This document shows positions 1 to 9,604 of a stretch of DNA of 64,000 nucleotides, piece after piece (the first letter of the stretch is position 1; every line of letters begins with the position of its first letter). Origin of the DNA: Sulfolobales archaeon HS-7. Lineage in GTDB: Archaea > Thermoproteota > Thermoprotei_A > Sulfolobales > Sulfolobaceae. Under the pieces are notes generated by a model, which saw nothing but the letters and a program-made list of their open reading frames with translations, had not been told where the DNA came from and made no database searches. Where the stretch lies: contig AP024596.1 in assembly GCA_019704295.1 (NCBI GenBank), positions 1,952,001 to 2,016,000 on the forward strand, read 5' to 3'. The position numbers and the translations under genes were made by a program.

Positions 1-889
1 GGGATATCTCCTTTAGTGAATAGATATCCAGGACTTTTATTAAAGTAGGATCAATCTCATTTGGTACAGGTTTCATTCGAAACGTTGATTTTGGTATTGA
101 AATATCTATATTAAAGAAAGGAGCAATAAATACTGTAGGAATTTCTATCATTTGTTTATATGTATAATTAAATTTTAGTGTACGGTCAGTATCAAGACTT
201 ATTATAAGAACGTCTTTATTTGATAAATTATTCAGCATAAAAGTATAATTTTTTCTAATTATTTTATTTTTGGAATCAAATTTATGGAACTTAAAAGCTA
301 GATTATATACTCCTTCGTCCAATAGTCTTGTGACAAACTCACTAAACCTATTGTCATCTAAATCAAGAACTGGAATAGCATTTAACCTTTCGTCTATGGC
401 CGAGATCTCTTTATATATTTTCAAATAATCATCTGGGTTTAACCTTAAATATGGAACAAAGATATCTGAAAAACCACAGTCTTTTAATACATTTACGCCT
501 TCTAACAAAAGATCTTTCTTATTTACCTCAGATAGATTATCTACATCTTTCTTTGGAACATATAAGTAAGCAGCGTTGACTTTAGTATTTTCTGTCTGAC
601 TATCTAGAAACTCTTGAGAAATACGCTGAAGTCCGCTAGCTGGCGCTCCTTTTCTAAGGATATCATGTATACGTATTAAATCAAGTAAAGGACTATTCAA
701 TACTCTAAATACGTCAGGAATATAGATTCTTGATGGTATATCGGCTTTCGCATTTAGATACGTACTAGTTATTGCTGCTTCTGGAGTAACGAAATTACCT
801 TTATCAGTATTTACTTCTAAAATTCTCACTTCTATGTTAGAATATTCAGATGAGTTCACAAAATCTCTTAATTTTATTGACTTAATCAT
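1..889 (-). CDS. Uncharacterised protein, possible degenerate TGT-like TIM barrel; C-terminus runs off the window (>=296 aa)
   Basis: Not in the ORF track. Hand translation from ATG 889: MIKSIKLRDFVNSSEYSNIEVRILEVNTDKGNFVTPEAAITS...DCGFSDIFVPY...LNAIPVLD. No stop seen before the window edge. Starts 14 nt after the stop of 904..1434. Fold assignment is weak. Confidence 0.75.
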   Translation of the reverse strand, partial: MIKSIKLRDFVNSSEYSNIEVRILEVNTDKGNFVTPEAAITSTYLNAKADIPSRIYIPDVFRVLNSPLLDLIRIHDILRKGAPASGLQRISQEFLDSQTENTKVNAAYLYVPKKDVDNLSEVNKKDLLLEGVNVLKDCGFSDIFVPYLRLNPDDYLKIYKEISAIDERLNAIPVLDLDDNRFSEFVTRLLDEGVYNLAFKFHKFDSKNKIIRKNYTFMLNNLSNKDVLIISLDTDRTLKFNYTYKQMIEIPTVFIAPFFNIDISIPKSTFRMKPVPNEIDPTLIKVLDIYSLKEIS

Positions 890-903
890 AGTAGTTTCAC
901 CAA

Positions 904-1434
904 CTAAAGCTCGTTAATTTTGTCCCATATAGTCTCTATTTTCGCTTCAGATTTGGTTGTGTAAGGCTTCCATTCTTCGTATGTATATTTAATATAACCA
1001 CGTTTAAGCCTAGATTGTTCTAGGCCCATCCTAATCTCCTTAAGTCTATTTACATCTTCCTTTTTCAATAACTTCAGTAACTCTTTTGCCTTCCTCTTCC
1101 CTTTTTCAGTCAATTTGTAAATTTGCCTTTCCCTTAATGTACCTTCAATATCAATTTTGTTTGCGTACCACAATAACTCCAAGTTATACAATACAAAATC
1201 ACTGTAAGGCCCATACTTATAGCCGTAAAATTCCGGGTCCTCTATCTGGTAACCTAACAACTTAAGCTCATTCCACATGTTAAAAACTAACTTAGTGAGG
1301 AAAGTCCTTCCCTTTATGGGTATATCTGGTTCTAGACCAAGGATTATTAGTAATAACTCGTCTAGAGTAAAATCGTCGAGATCATCCCTACACTCATGTT
1401 CGTCTTTTATGTATACGGTATCATCCCTAATCAA
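904..1434 (-). CDS. Panacea/SocA (DUF4065)/YwgA-like winged-helix protein, putative antitoxin
   Basis: Motifs GRTFLTKLVF (cf. GRTKLQKLxF), FYGYKYGPYS (cf. FxxYxYGPYS) and wing YKLTEKG. Confidence 0.7.
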   Translation of the reverse strand: MIRDDTVYIKDEHECRDDLDDFTLDELLLIILGLEPDIPIKGRTFLTKLVFNMWNELKLLGYQIEDPEFYGYKYGPYSDFVLYNLELLWYANKIDIEGTLRERQIYKLTEKGKRKAKELLKLLKKEDVNRLKEIRMGLEQSRLKRGYIKYTYEEWKPYTTKSEAKIETIWDKINEL

Positions 1435-1969
1435 TTAGTATTACCCCCTTAACTTCCTTTTCAAAAGTATTGTTATCTAAAATTGTATCAATTAGCACTC
1501 TGTGTTTTTGCCCTTGATTATCATGATAATCTAGGAATATGTGAATATGCGTTACTTTCCTACCAATATTTTTGAGCCAAGCTAACGGAGAAGCAACAGG
1601 TATAACCTCAGCTACTAGATGTTCAATATATGCATTTTGATCTAAATCTCTTCCACATAAACCATATTCTGTTAGCTTCCTTAAAATCTTTTTAGACTCT
1701 TTCGAACCTTTACTATATAACCTATTATATTGGATTCTCTTACCATCTTCCGCAACTTTCAAGAGTATGAATTTCTTGCCACATTTAAGACATTTGAAAA
1801 CGCTAGGCTTATTTCCTGTTTTTCTCTTTTCCTTAGTACTGTACTGTCCACCTACACTTCCAAGCTTCAGGATATTCAGATCCGCATGAAACTCTTTCTT
1901 TACTTCCTTAGATAACGTCTCATTAGCATCTATCTCGTTACCACAATATGGACATACTATCTTACTCAT
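1427..1969 (-). CDS. Zn-ribbon-containing hypothetical protein
   Basis: 180 aa, CPYC...CLKC; overlaps the downstream gene by 8 nt; GAGGT RBS-like sequence upstream. Confidence 0.7.
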   Translation of the reverse strand: MSKIVCPYCGNEIDANETLSKEVKKEFHADLNILKLGSVGGQYSTKEKRKTGNKPSVFKCLKCGKKFILLKVAEDGKRIQYNRLYSKGSKESKKILRKLTEYGLCGRDLDQNAYIEHLVAEVIPVASPLAWLKNIGRKVTHIHIFLDYHDNQGQKHRVLIDTILDNNTFEKEVKGVILID

Positions 1970-2090
1970 TGAAGGTACCTCTTTTCGCCATGGGAGCCAA
2001 AGCCCTAAAATACACGCCGGCTAAAATAATAATGTAAGTATGATGGAATTTTGGATATCCCTTCAATGGAGTGGGCATAACATATTCCAT
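1962..2090 (-). CDS. Putative 42-aa leader/small protein
   Basis: MEYVMPTPLKGYPKFHHTYIIILAGVYFRALAPMAKRGTFNE*; stop overlaps the start region of the next gene; TTTTAA box about 25 nt upstream. Confidence 0.3.
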   Translation of the reverse strand: MEYVMPTPLKGYPKFHHTYIIILAGVYFRALAPMAKRGTFNE

Positions 2091-2238
2091 AAACTGTTAT
2101 CGTTACTCCTTAAAACTTTTGTTTATTATTTTACAGATATATAGTAAAATTTTTACATTAAGTTTGATAAATATTTACCTGAAGTCTACCGGAGGCTTAG
2201 CTTTCACTCATTATTTTGCTTTCAAAACTCTTAGTAGT

Positions 2239-2399
2239 GGGCCGTTCCGCGTTCATTGTGAATTCAGTTTATTTAGAAAAAAAGAATGAATTTAATTGAA
2301 TGCTATCATATGGACTAGTGGAGATTGGCACTTAACAATTTCCTTTATTTAATCCCTATTTGCCATAATTACAATTCGCAATGGAAACCTGAATCACCC
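2239..2399 (+). mobile_element. MITE-like repeat family A (~163 bp), copy 1
   Basis: GGGCCGTTC...ATTGTGAATT / AATTCGCAAT...TGAATCACCC termini; colinear with copies at 62506 and 63777. Confidence 0.8.
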
Positions 2400-2433
2400 G
2401 CATATTATCTTAATCTATAGAATACTAATAAAA

Positions 2434-4254
2434 CTACATTTTTTCAACTTTATCAATACCTAACGCATTAAACGAGTTTCCTAGCACAGTCTTAACCCCC
2501 TTAACTAGGTAAAGTCTACTCGTCTTTTTCCTCTCATCCTCTTCTTGGAGAATCCTCTCCCTAGAGTACCAACTATTGAATAAATCTGCGAGGTTCTTTA
2601 TATAAATTGTTAAATTTTCTAATTGTAACGACTCATATGTAATTTTTAAAATATACGGAAACTTTGCAATAGAAATAAGTATGTCCCTCTTTGTATTAAC
2701 GATATCCTTAGTATCAGCTAGCTCTAAGTTTAACTCCCCGGTAAACTTCGACATTATACTATTAGCCCTTACGTAAGTATATTGTAAATACGGTCCGCTG
2801 TTCTCATTCAGATCCGTAACTCTGTTCACGCTGAAGCTTAACGGCTTAGTAGCTGAAGCGCTCAGTATAGCGTACCTTATTGCAGATCTGGCTAGACTTG
2901 CCGATGTGGAAATATCTCCGTTCTTCTCCAAAATTTTCTGTTTAACAACGCTCTCGACTGCGTTAAAGAGTTCGTCAATAGTGACGTATCTTCCCCTCCT
3001 TCCACTCATCTTAGTTCCCTCCAAATTAACCATAGCGTATGAGTAATGATATAGGTTTTCGGCAATTCTTGTAAATCCTAAAAGGTAAAGTGCAGCTCTT
3101 AACTGAATTTGAGGAATTGTCTGTTCTTCGGCGATGACATTTATAACTAAATCCGAATTTTTGAACTTCTCCAGCGTATAGGCGATATCCCTTATTGTAT
3201 ATAAAGAGGTTCCGTCTTTCCTCGTAACTACTAATGGCGGTATCTTTAAACCTCTGGGTATCTTTAAAATATCTTTCACGTCTTCGGGTAGCTTCTCGAA
3301 AGATATGGCCTTAGCATCCTTATGATAAATTACGTGAGGCGAGCTGAGTATTTCATCAATTATTTTCTTAACTTTTCCACTCCACAATAACTCGCTTTCG
3401 TAATCGTAAAAGTTAAACGACACCCCTAAATTGCTAAGAGTTTCGTTAAATCCGTTTAGTATTTCATTAACAAACTTCCTTATCCTCTCCTTATACTCGT
3501 TATTTCCCTCTTCATATTCTTTGAGGATTCTATTTATTTCTGCTTCTGGATCCGCGTCTTTTTCTATTTCCTCCTTAAGTTTCCAGAATTCGGGAAATCT
3601 TTCGGATAGCTCTTTTGCTATGGCTACTAACTCATCTATTTTTCCCTTATCATTTGGGGTTTTAGATAGCTTAACTATATCAACTATTGTACTGGTCGAG
3701 GCGTACACCAATCCGTAGAAATAGTCTGCTTTAATAGACGGTAGAGGAGATGGCCAATGGAGTTTTTCTAATCCATAAGCTAGTACTCCTACTTGCCTAC
3801 CAGAATCGTTAACGTAGAATCTAGTTGTGACTTCGTCACCCATATAACTGAGAAATCTAGCTAATGCGTCGCCTATTACCGCGTTCCTTAGCGCACCGAT
3901 ATGTAATGGATGTATAGGGTTTGCACTAGTATGTTCTACTACAGTCCTCCTTCCAGTTTTTTTCTCAGGGAATCCATACCTATCGTCTAATTGGGAAAAG
4001 AGAGAACTAAATAGATTATCTACGTTTATTACTGCGTTATAGTATATTCCTACTTTATTTATTTCTTTAATATATTTTTTCCCTATAATTTTGTCAGGTG
4101 CGTTAGCACCTTTTAGCGGAGTTGATAAATCGCCAAACTCCTTCCGAGGGGGTTCGGATATTTTCTTATAAATTATTTCCCGCGACAGACCTGTATATCC
4201 TTCTAGAATTTCCGACATCTCTAACATCGCTTCTTCAATTAAGTCCTGACTCAT
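2434..4254 (-). CDS. argS: Arginyl-tRNA synthetase
   Basis: VVEHTSANPIHPLHIG (HIGH), KMSGRRG (KMSKS-like), SGPYLQYTYVR; likely start ATG 4254. Confidence 0.96.
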   Translation of the reverse strand: MSQDLIEEAMLEMSEILEGYTGLSREIIYKKISEPPRKEFGDLSTPLKGANAPDKIIGKKYIKEINKVGIYYNAVINVDNLFSSLFSQLDDRYGFPEKKTGRRTVVEHTSANPIHPLHIGALRNAVIGDALARFLSYMGDEVTTRFYVNDSGRQVGVLAYGLEKLHWPSPLPSIKADYFYGLVYASTSTIVDIVKLSKTPNDKGKIDELVAIAKELSERFPEFWKLKEEIEKDADPEAEINRILKEYEEGNNEYKERIRKFVNEILNGFNETLSNLGVSFNFYDYESELLWSGKVKKIIDEILSSPHVIYHKDAKAISFEKLPEDVKDILKIPRGLKIPPLVVTRKDGTSLYTIRDIAYTLEKFKNSDLVINVIAEEQTIPQIQLRAALYLLGFTRIAENLYHYSYAMVNLEGTKMSGRRGRYVTIDELFNAVESVVKQKILEKNGDISTSASLARSAIRYAILSASATKPLSFSVNRVTDLNENSGPYLQYTYVRANSIMSKFTGELNLELADTKDIVNTKRDILISIAKFPYILKITYESLQLENLTIYIKNLADLFNSWYSRERILQEEDERKKTSRLYLVKGVKTVLGNSFNALGIDKVEKM

Positions 4255-4310
4255 AACCAACTCACAATCCTTAAAAGGAATAATAGGCGAATAGTATATA
4301 ATGATTTTCA

Positions 4311-4502
4311 ATGAAAAAGAAAATCGATATACTAATAATAGAGGACTTTACTGGAGAAAGGATTGATGTTCCAGACCATCAGCTTCTTGATACCGGAGAC
4401 TCGGAGATAATAATAACGAAAATCCATATCCCAGACTGGTTAGGGGAGTCGACAGAAACCGGTATTCACGTTAATATCGTGAAGGACGTTGTCGAAACGT
4501 AA
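4311..4502 (+). CDS. Small hypothetical protein
   Basis: 63-aa ORF divergent from argS, overlapping the next gene. Confidence 0.55.
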   Translation: MKKKIDILIIEDFTGERIDVPDHQLLDTGDSEIIITKIHIPDWLGESTETGIHVNIVKDVVET

Positions 4503-4863
4503 AACGTGTCCATATTATAATTCAGGGTTCTGTTTTTCACCCGCATTAGACAAACCGACACAGGATGTGACTTCACCTAGGACTTGTATGGGTGAATACA
4601 CCACATGTAATCTTTACCGACCGACTGATGAGAAGGAGGGAATTGAAAAATTTGAAGCGGACACAGTTGTCGGTTTTTATAAAGAGGTCAACAGTATTAC
4701 GGAAGATATATCAAGTGAGTGTCCCTTCTTTAAACTTATCGATATCGATAATGTAAAACTTGCAATATGCAAGGTTGAAAATAGAGTTTTAACTAAAAGT
4801 CAGGCGTCATTATGTAACAAAAATTGGAGAGATTGCCCTTTTTACAACAGGGAGGTTTTTTAG
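4489..4863 (+). CDS. Cys-rich hypothetical protein with an internal duplication
   Basis: Two CP(Y/F)(Y/F)...C...C...C modules. Confidence 0.75.
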   Translation: MSKRKTCPYYNSGFCFSPALDKPTQDVTSPRTCMGEYTTCNLYRPTDEKEGIEKFEADTVVGFYKEVNSITEDISSECPFFKLIDIDNVKLAICKVENRVLTKSQASLCNKNWRDCPFYNREVF

Positions 4864-5156
4864 GTACCTAATTTGGCGTATTTTCCGTCGGAAAGTATTG
4901 TCACCACACCGCTCTCGGAAAGGCTATTCAGTGCCCTCCTTATCTTATCCTCGCTTGCAATACCTGAGAGTTTACTATGAAGCTCTTTAAGATTCATTGG
5001 TTGTTCTGACAGTAAATCCAGTAAAATCTGTTTTAATTCATCCTCATTAGGGGCGGTCATCACGGTAACCTCTTTATCGACATACACGACTTTGAGTTTG
5101 TCCTCTACCTCATTTTTCTTGTCAGCGGTAATTTTCCTTTTTCGGGGCATAAACAT
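4860..5156 (-). CDS. Small winged-helix DNA-binding protein
   Basis: PMNLKELHSKLSGIASEDKIRRALNSLSESGVV...GKY wHTH pattern. Confidence 0.75.
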   Translation of the reverse strand: MFMPRKRKITADKKNEVEDKLKVVYVDKEVTVMTAPNEDELKQILLDLLSEQPMNLKELHSKLSGIASEDKIRRALNSLSESGVVTILSDGKYAKLGT

Positions 5157-5238
5157 CTACCTTATATTACATTCTACCTTCTACTTTATAAAATTTTTAA
5201 CAATTTCCATTTTAGTCTTTTACAAGCCTATTTATTAC

Positions 5239-5997
5239 TTAATAGTTTAAATATTTAATCATATCTCTCTCCGTAATTATACCGTCATCAATAATTATTG
5301 CTCCGACCTCTGGGCTTTCATATAATTCTTTTGCAGCCTCTCCTACGGATATGTTGGGGTATTGCTTTATTGGTACTGCGACCACCGATGCTGGCTCGAA
5401 GAGTGTAGTTGTATCGTAGCCTTCTTCAGCTAATTTTGAGAAGATCCACTTTATTACGTTAAAGAGAGTAACGACGCTAACTATACTAGAGTTGCTTCTT
5501 AGCGGAATTCTTCTTATGTTCTTCGCTATCATCATCTCTAAGATCTCCTCTATAATAGAGTTTTCCTCAAGGGAGATTATCGGTTTAGACACTTCTACAA
5601 CCTTGTCTCCTCTATTGAAGAGTGCTTGAAGAATAGATCTTTCCGAGACTACACTAATCCTATTATTGTGCTCCATGGGGACTACCCCGAATTTCCCCTC
5701 TCGTAATACCTTTACAGCTTCGTCTATAGAAGACGCCTTTACTATGTTTCGCGTCATAATCTCAGAACATTTCTTTTTAAGTAAATTCCTCAGGTTTCCT
5801 ATCTCTAAAAGTTCTATACCTTCCTCGGCTGGCAGAAACAGTCTGCTTGCCAGATCTTTAATGCTAAGGACCCCTACAGCTCTCCCGTTCTGAGATATTA
5901 TTGCATGTTCTGCCTTTTGTTTTACCATGAGACTTACTGCATACCCTATATCCATTTCAGGTGCTATTAACGGAATGAATTTATCTGTTAAATCCAT
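5239..5997 (-). CDS. CBS-domain protein
   Basis: Repeated CBS motifs (VGVLSIKDL, NIRRIPL, GIITERDMI). Confidence 0.85.
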   Translation of the reverse strand: MDLTDKFIPLIAPEMDIGYAVSLMVKQKAEHAIISQNGRAVGVLSIKDLASRLFLPAEEGIELLEIGNLRNLLKKKCSEIMTRNIVKASSIDEAVKVLREGKFGVVPMEHNNRISVVSERSILQALFNRGDKVVEVSKPIISLEENSIIEEILEMMIAKNIRRIPLRSNSSIVSVVTLFNVIKWIFSKLAEEGYDTTTLFEPASVVAVPIKQYPNISVGEAAKELYESPEVGAIIIDDGIITERDMIKYLNY

Positions 5998-6177
5998 AGG
6001 CTTATACTAAGTTTCATCTTCGAATAATAAAACATATCATTTCAAGAACATACGGAAATACAACCAATTGTATTTCTTAACGCTTAAAATGTCCTTGTAA
6101 GATCGAAAGATGGGCAAAGTTAATACTACTATGCCTTTGCGGCACTTCCTGAGTTTTGTGTAACTAGCTTTAACAGA

Positions 6178-6256
6178 TACTAGAGTTAACTTGCTAAGAT
6201 CTAAAGCCTTCAATTACTTTCTACCAAATTGTAGAATCTCCTGAAATTCAGGAAAA
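6178..6256 (+). repeat. Degenerate partial copy of repeat family D
   Basis: TAGAGTTAACT...AAAGCCTTCAATTACTTTCTAC resembles 44121-44214. Confidence 0.4.
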
Positions 6257-6515
6257 CGCTGTTTTTATTGTGCTAAGAATTTGCTCAAATCCAACGTTGG
6301 AATTATGAGTTGAATAATTTAAGGTAAAATCTCATTCTGTTTTCAGGAACTTAAAGTTCAGACAAAAGACATTCGCTTTCCTTATAACTCAATATTATTT
6401 CAAATTATTAGTCATACATAATTGATATATATTTATAATAATCTAAATCATAACTTCTAACCTATATGTATGGTAATTTTCTTCTTAATAACTAGCTCTT
6501 TTAGAGAGTCTATCA

Positions 6516-6536
6516 GGGGATAACTTAATTATCCCC
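6516..6536. promoter_or_regulatory. Perfect inverted repeat spanning a TATA-like box (candidate operator)
   Basis: GGGGATAA-CTTAA-TTATCCCC; CTTAATTA begins 30 nt before ATG 6554. Confidence 0.5.
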
Positions 6537-6553
6537 CGTGTCACACGTTGATA

Positions 6554-6961
6554 ATGGAGGCTATAGGTAAGGAAATGGCAGAGGAATCCCTCACCACAAA
6601 ACCCCGTGATAGAATCATTGGGAAGCACGTTTTTGGAAACTTATATAGTATCGACGAGAAGATATTAAGGGATAGGGAATACCTACATAGTGTCGTACTT
6701 GATGCAGTTAAGATCGCAAATATGAAACTGGTAGAGTCGAAAAGTTGGGAGTTTGGAGGTCAAAAAGGAGGAGTCTCGGTTATCTCGCTAGTAGAGGAAA
6801 GTCATATCGCTTTACATACATGGGTAGAGTATAGCTATGCGACTGTAGATGTATATACGTGTGGAGAGAATAGCAATCCTGAAGCTGCGTTCAATTACAT
6901 TGTTTCTAAATTAAAACCTAGAGATTACCAAGTGTTTTATGCCGATAGGAGTAGTCAATAA
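6554..6961 (+). CDS. Pyruvoyl-dependent SAM-decarboxylase-family proenzyme, probably the crenarchaeal arginine decarboxylase paralog
   Basis: [19 protein letters not shown] and DVYTCG (E|SH cleavage site); [12 protein letters not shown]-terminus and position next to HMG-CoA synthase fit the ArgDC paralog (recalled). Confidence 0.85.
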   Translation: MEAIGKEMAEESLTTKPRDRIIGKHVFGNLYSIDEKILRDREYLHSVVLDAVKIANMKLVESKSWEFGGQKGGVSVISLVEESHIALHTWVEYSYATVDVYTCGENSNPEAAFNYIVSKLKPRDYQVFYADRSSQ

Positions 6962-7068
6962 CCAGATCGCAGGGTAACAGTTTCTTAAAGATAGAATAGA
7001 CATTTGTCTATACTCCCCCTAGACGCTAGTCGAAAAATTTATAGAGGGCCTAATATGTATTAGGTAGC

Positions 7069-8115
7069 ATGAAAGCTGGTATAGTCGGATGGGGAGCTTA
7101 CGTCCCAAGATACAGAGTAAGAGTAGCAGACATAGCTAATTTGTGGGGCATAGAGAAAACCACTGTTAAATCTCTAGGTTTACAAGAGAAGTCAGTCCCC
7201 TCTCCAGATGAGGATTCATCAACGTTGGCATGGGAAGCATCGATAAATGCTATAAGAAGGGCAAAGGTTTCACCTAAACAGATAGAAGCAGTTTTCTTTG
7301 GTTCCGAATCAAAGGTATACGCTGTTAAACCCACTGCAACAATTCTAATAGACGCGTTGGGAATAACCAATAATTCTCTAGGTGTTGACATGGAATTTGC
7401 GTGTAGAGGCGCATCAATAGGGCTTAAAACAGCATTAGCGATGACTATTTCCTCACAAACAAAGTACAGTTTGGTTGTAGGGGCTGATATAGCGCAATCT
7501 AATCCCGGTGATGTGCTCGAATTAAGTAGCGCTGCAGCAGCTGTAAGCTTTGTAACAGGTCCTGAAGGTGAATCCGCTGCTGTACTCGAGGAATCCACGT
7601 CTTTTACGAGCGATACTCCAGATTTCTGGCGTAGGGATGGTATGCCATATCCTCATCACGGTGAGGGTTTTACTGGTGAACCAGCGTACTTTTACCACAT
7701 TGAAAACGCCGTCTTGAACCTTCTTGAGAAAACTGGATTAAGGCAGTCCGATTTCGATCACGTTATATTTCATCAACCAAATGGAAAGTTTCCTATTCAA
7801 GTAGCTAGGAAACTTGGCTTCCCTATAGAGAGAACTAAGGAGGGAATGGTTGCCCCGTATATAGGAAACCCCTATAACGCTTCAGCACTTTTAGGTTTCG
7901 CAAAAGTTCTTGATATAGCTAAACCTGGGCAGCGGGTACTAGTGGTTCCTTTTGGAAGTGGAGCAGGAAGCGATGCGTTTAGTTTCCTCATAACTGATAA
8001 GATAGAGGAGAAGAAGGCCTTAGCTCCCACAACGTCCTATTACATAGACAGGAAGAGCGTAGTCGATTACGCGTTTTACGCGAAGCATACTCATAAAATA
8101 AAGGTGATAGAATGA
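7069..8115 (+). CDS. mvaS: HMG-CoA synthase (archaeal type)
   Basis: [34 protein letters not shown]. Confidence 0.93.
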   Translation: MKAGIVGWGAYVPRYRVRVADIANLWGIEKTTVKSLGLQEKSVPSPDEDSSTLAWEASINAIRRAKVSPKQIEAVFFGSESKVYAVKPTATILIDALGITNNSLGVDMEFACRGASIGLKTALAMTISSQTKYSLVVGADIAQSNPGDVLELSSAAAAVSFVTGPEGESAAVLEESTSFTSDTPDFWRRDGMPYPHHGEGFTGEPAYFYHIENAVLNLLEKTGLRQSDFDHVIFHQPNGKFPIQVARKLGFPIERTKEGMVAPYIGNPYNASALLGFAKVLDIAKPGQRVLVVPFGSGAGSDAFSFLITDKIEEKKALAPTTSYYIDRKSVVDYAFYAKHTHKIKVIE

Positions 8116-9212
8116 GTAAAGTTTACATAGCAGGAGCCTCAATGACGAAAGTTGATAGACATTATGATATGGGAATAAATGAGTTATATCTGGAGACATT
8201 CCAGGGCTTGAGAAATACAGTTAAAGAATGGATAAAACCAGATACGTTAATAGTGGCTAATACGTATGGAGAGGCCGTAGAGAACTCGTTAGCTCTTGGA
8301 GAAAAACTAGCGTCCACATCGTCACTACAGGGAATAAGAACTTTTCGCGTTGAGAATGGAGATGCGAGTGGAGGGGCAGCAATAGATTTAGCCTTCACGC
8401 TGGTGAAGTCTGGGGTTTCCAAAACAGTTTTGGTATCTGGGGTTGAAAAAACTTCAGACTACCCATCAAAATATATGACAGAATTTTATTCTAAAACTCT
8501 AAATAAATATGAGTTTTATAGTGGGATAAATCCCGCATCAATTGCGGCATTAATGATGAATATGTATATGAAAAAATACGGAAAAGACTCGTCCTATTTC
8601 GCAAAATGGCCAATAAGAATGCATTCAAACGCAGTAGAGAATCCATACGCTTATTTGAAATTTAAGATAGATGAAAACACTTATTACAACTCTCAAGTTA
8701 TATCGTCGCCGTTAAGGCTATTCGATTCTGGAGCTAGAGCAGACGGAGCAGCAAGTGTAATCGTAACTGACGAGGAAAATGCTAGGAAAATATCCGATTC
8801 ACCTATAGAGATATTAGGCGTATCAACATCATCCTATTGTTACCAACCTGAGTTAACACTTCCCGCTGTTAAGGACTCCTTTTCTAACGTTACCAATAAA
8901 CTGGGGGGAGTTCCTAAGATTATAGAGATTCACGATTCTTACTCCATTCTAGCAGCGCTGGTGCTAGAGTCATCCGGCTTATCAAAGTACGGTTCTTCGT
9001 TAGATGATATACCGGACGGAGTAAACTTAAGTGGTGGTCTGAAAGCAAGAGGATATCCTGGTGGCGCCACCGGAATATATCAGCTAGGTGAGATATATAT
9101 GCAGCTAGCTGGAACTTTTCCAGGAAAAAGAGAAACAGGTGAAAGCGGAGCTATAATTTCTACAGGCGAATTAGGAAGTTCCGCATATTCAGTTGTGCTG
9201 GTGAGAAAATGA
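8112..9212 (+). CDS. Thiolase-family protein (acetoacetyl-CoA thiolase-like, atypical active site)
   Basis: Thiolase fold motifs [19 protein letters not shown]; located between HMGCS and DUF35. Confidence 0.88.
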   Translation: MSKVYIAGASMTKVDRHYDMGINELYLETFQGLRNTVKEWIKPDTLIVANTYGEAVENSLALGEKLASTSSLQGIRTFRVENGDASGGAAIDLAFTLVKSGVSKTVLVSGVEKTSDYPSKYMTEFYSKTLNKYEFYSGINPASIAALMMNMYMKKYGKDSSYFAKWPIRMHSNAVENPYAYLKFKIDENTYYNSQVISSPLRLFDSGARADGAASVIVTDEENARKISDSPIEILGVSTSSYCYQPELTLPAVKDSFSNVTNKLGGVPKIIEIHDSYSILAALVLESSGLSKYGSSLDDIPDGVNLSGGLKARGYPGGATGIYQLGEIYMQLAGTFPGKRETGESGAIISTGELGSSAYSVVLVRK

Positions 9213-9604
9213 GGCTAACACCTCCAATCTTATGGAGAAGCAAGGGGTCATTTTACCAACTTGTTGCATCAAAATGTGAAGAATGCGGTAAATTCACTTT
9301 TCCCGTACAAAGCGTATGTATGCATTGTGGCAGTAGTAAGGTAATCCAAGAAAAGTTAAGTGGAAGAGGAAAAGTAGTCTCTTTTACTGTAAATTATCAA
9401 CATAGAACGGGGTTTGAAAAGGAGATGCCCCAGATCATAGGACTAATAGAGTTGGAGGAGGGGATCACTATAACGGCTCCCATAGTTGAAGTCTCTCCCG
9501 ATGAGTTAAAGGAAGGGACTGAAGTTACTGCATGTCTTAGAAGAGCTAGAGCGGATTCCACAAACGGTTTAATACAATATATTTTTAAATTTAGGCCGGT
9601 GTAG
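9209..9604 (+). CDS. DUF35 Zn-ribbon/OB-fold scaffold protein
   Basis: CEECG...FP...CMHCGS, GRGKVVSFTV; canonical thiolase-HMGCS partner. Confidence 0.9.
   Translation: MRLTPPILWRSKGSFYQLVASKCEECGKFTFPVQSVCMHCGSSKVIQEKLSGRGKVVSFTVNYQHRTGFEKEMPQIIGLIELEEGITITAPIVEVSPDELKEGTEVTACLRRARADSTNGLIQYIFKFRPV

Noticed and set aside
2071-2289. 72-aa + strand ORF
   Set aside because: Spans promoter DNA and a MITE end; low-complexity composition.
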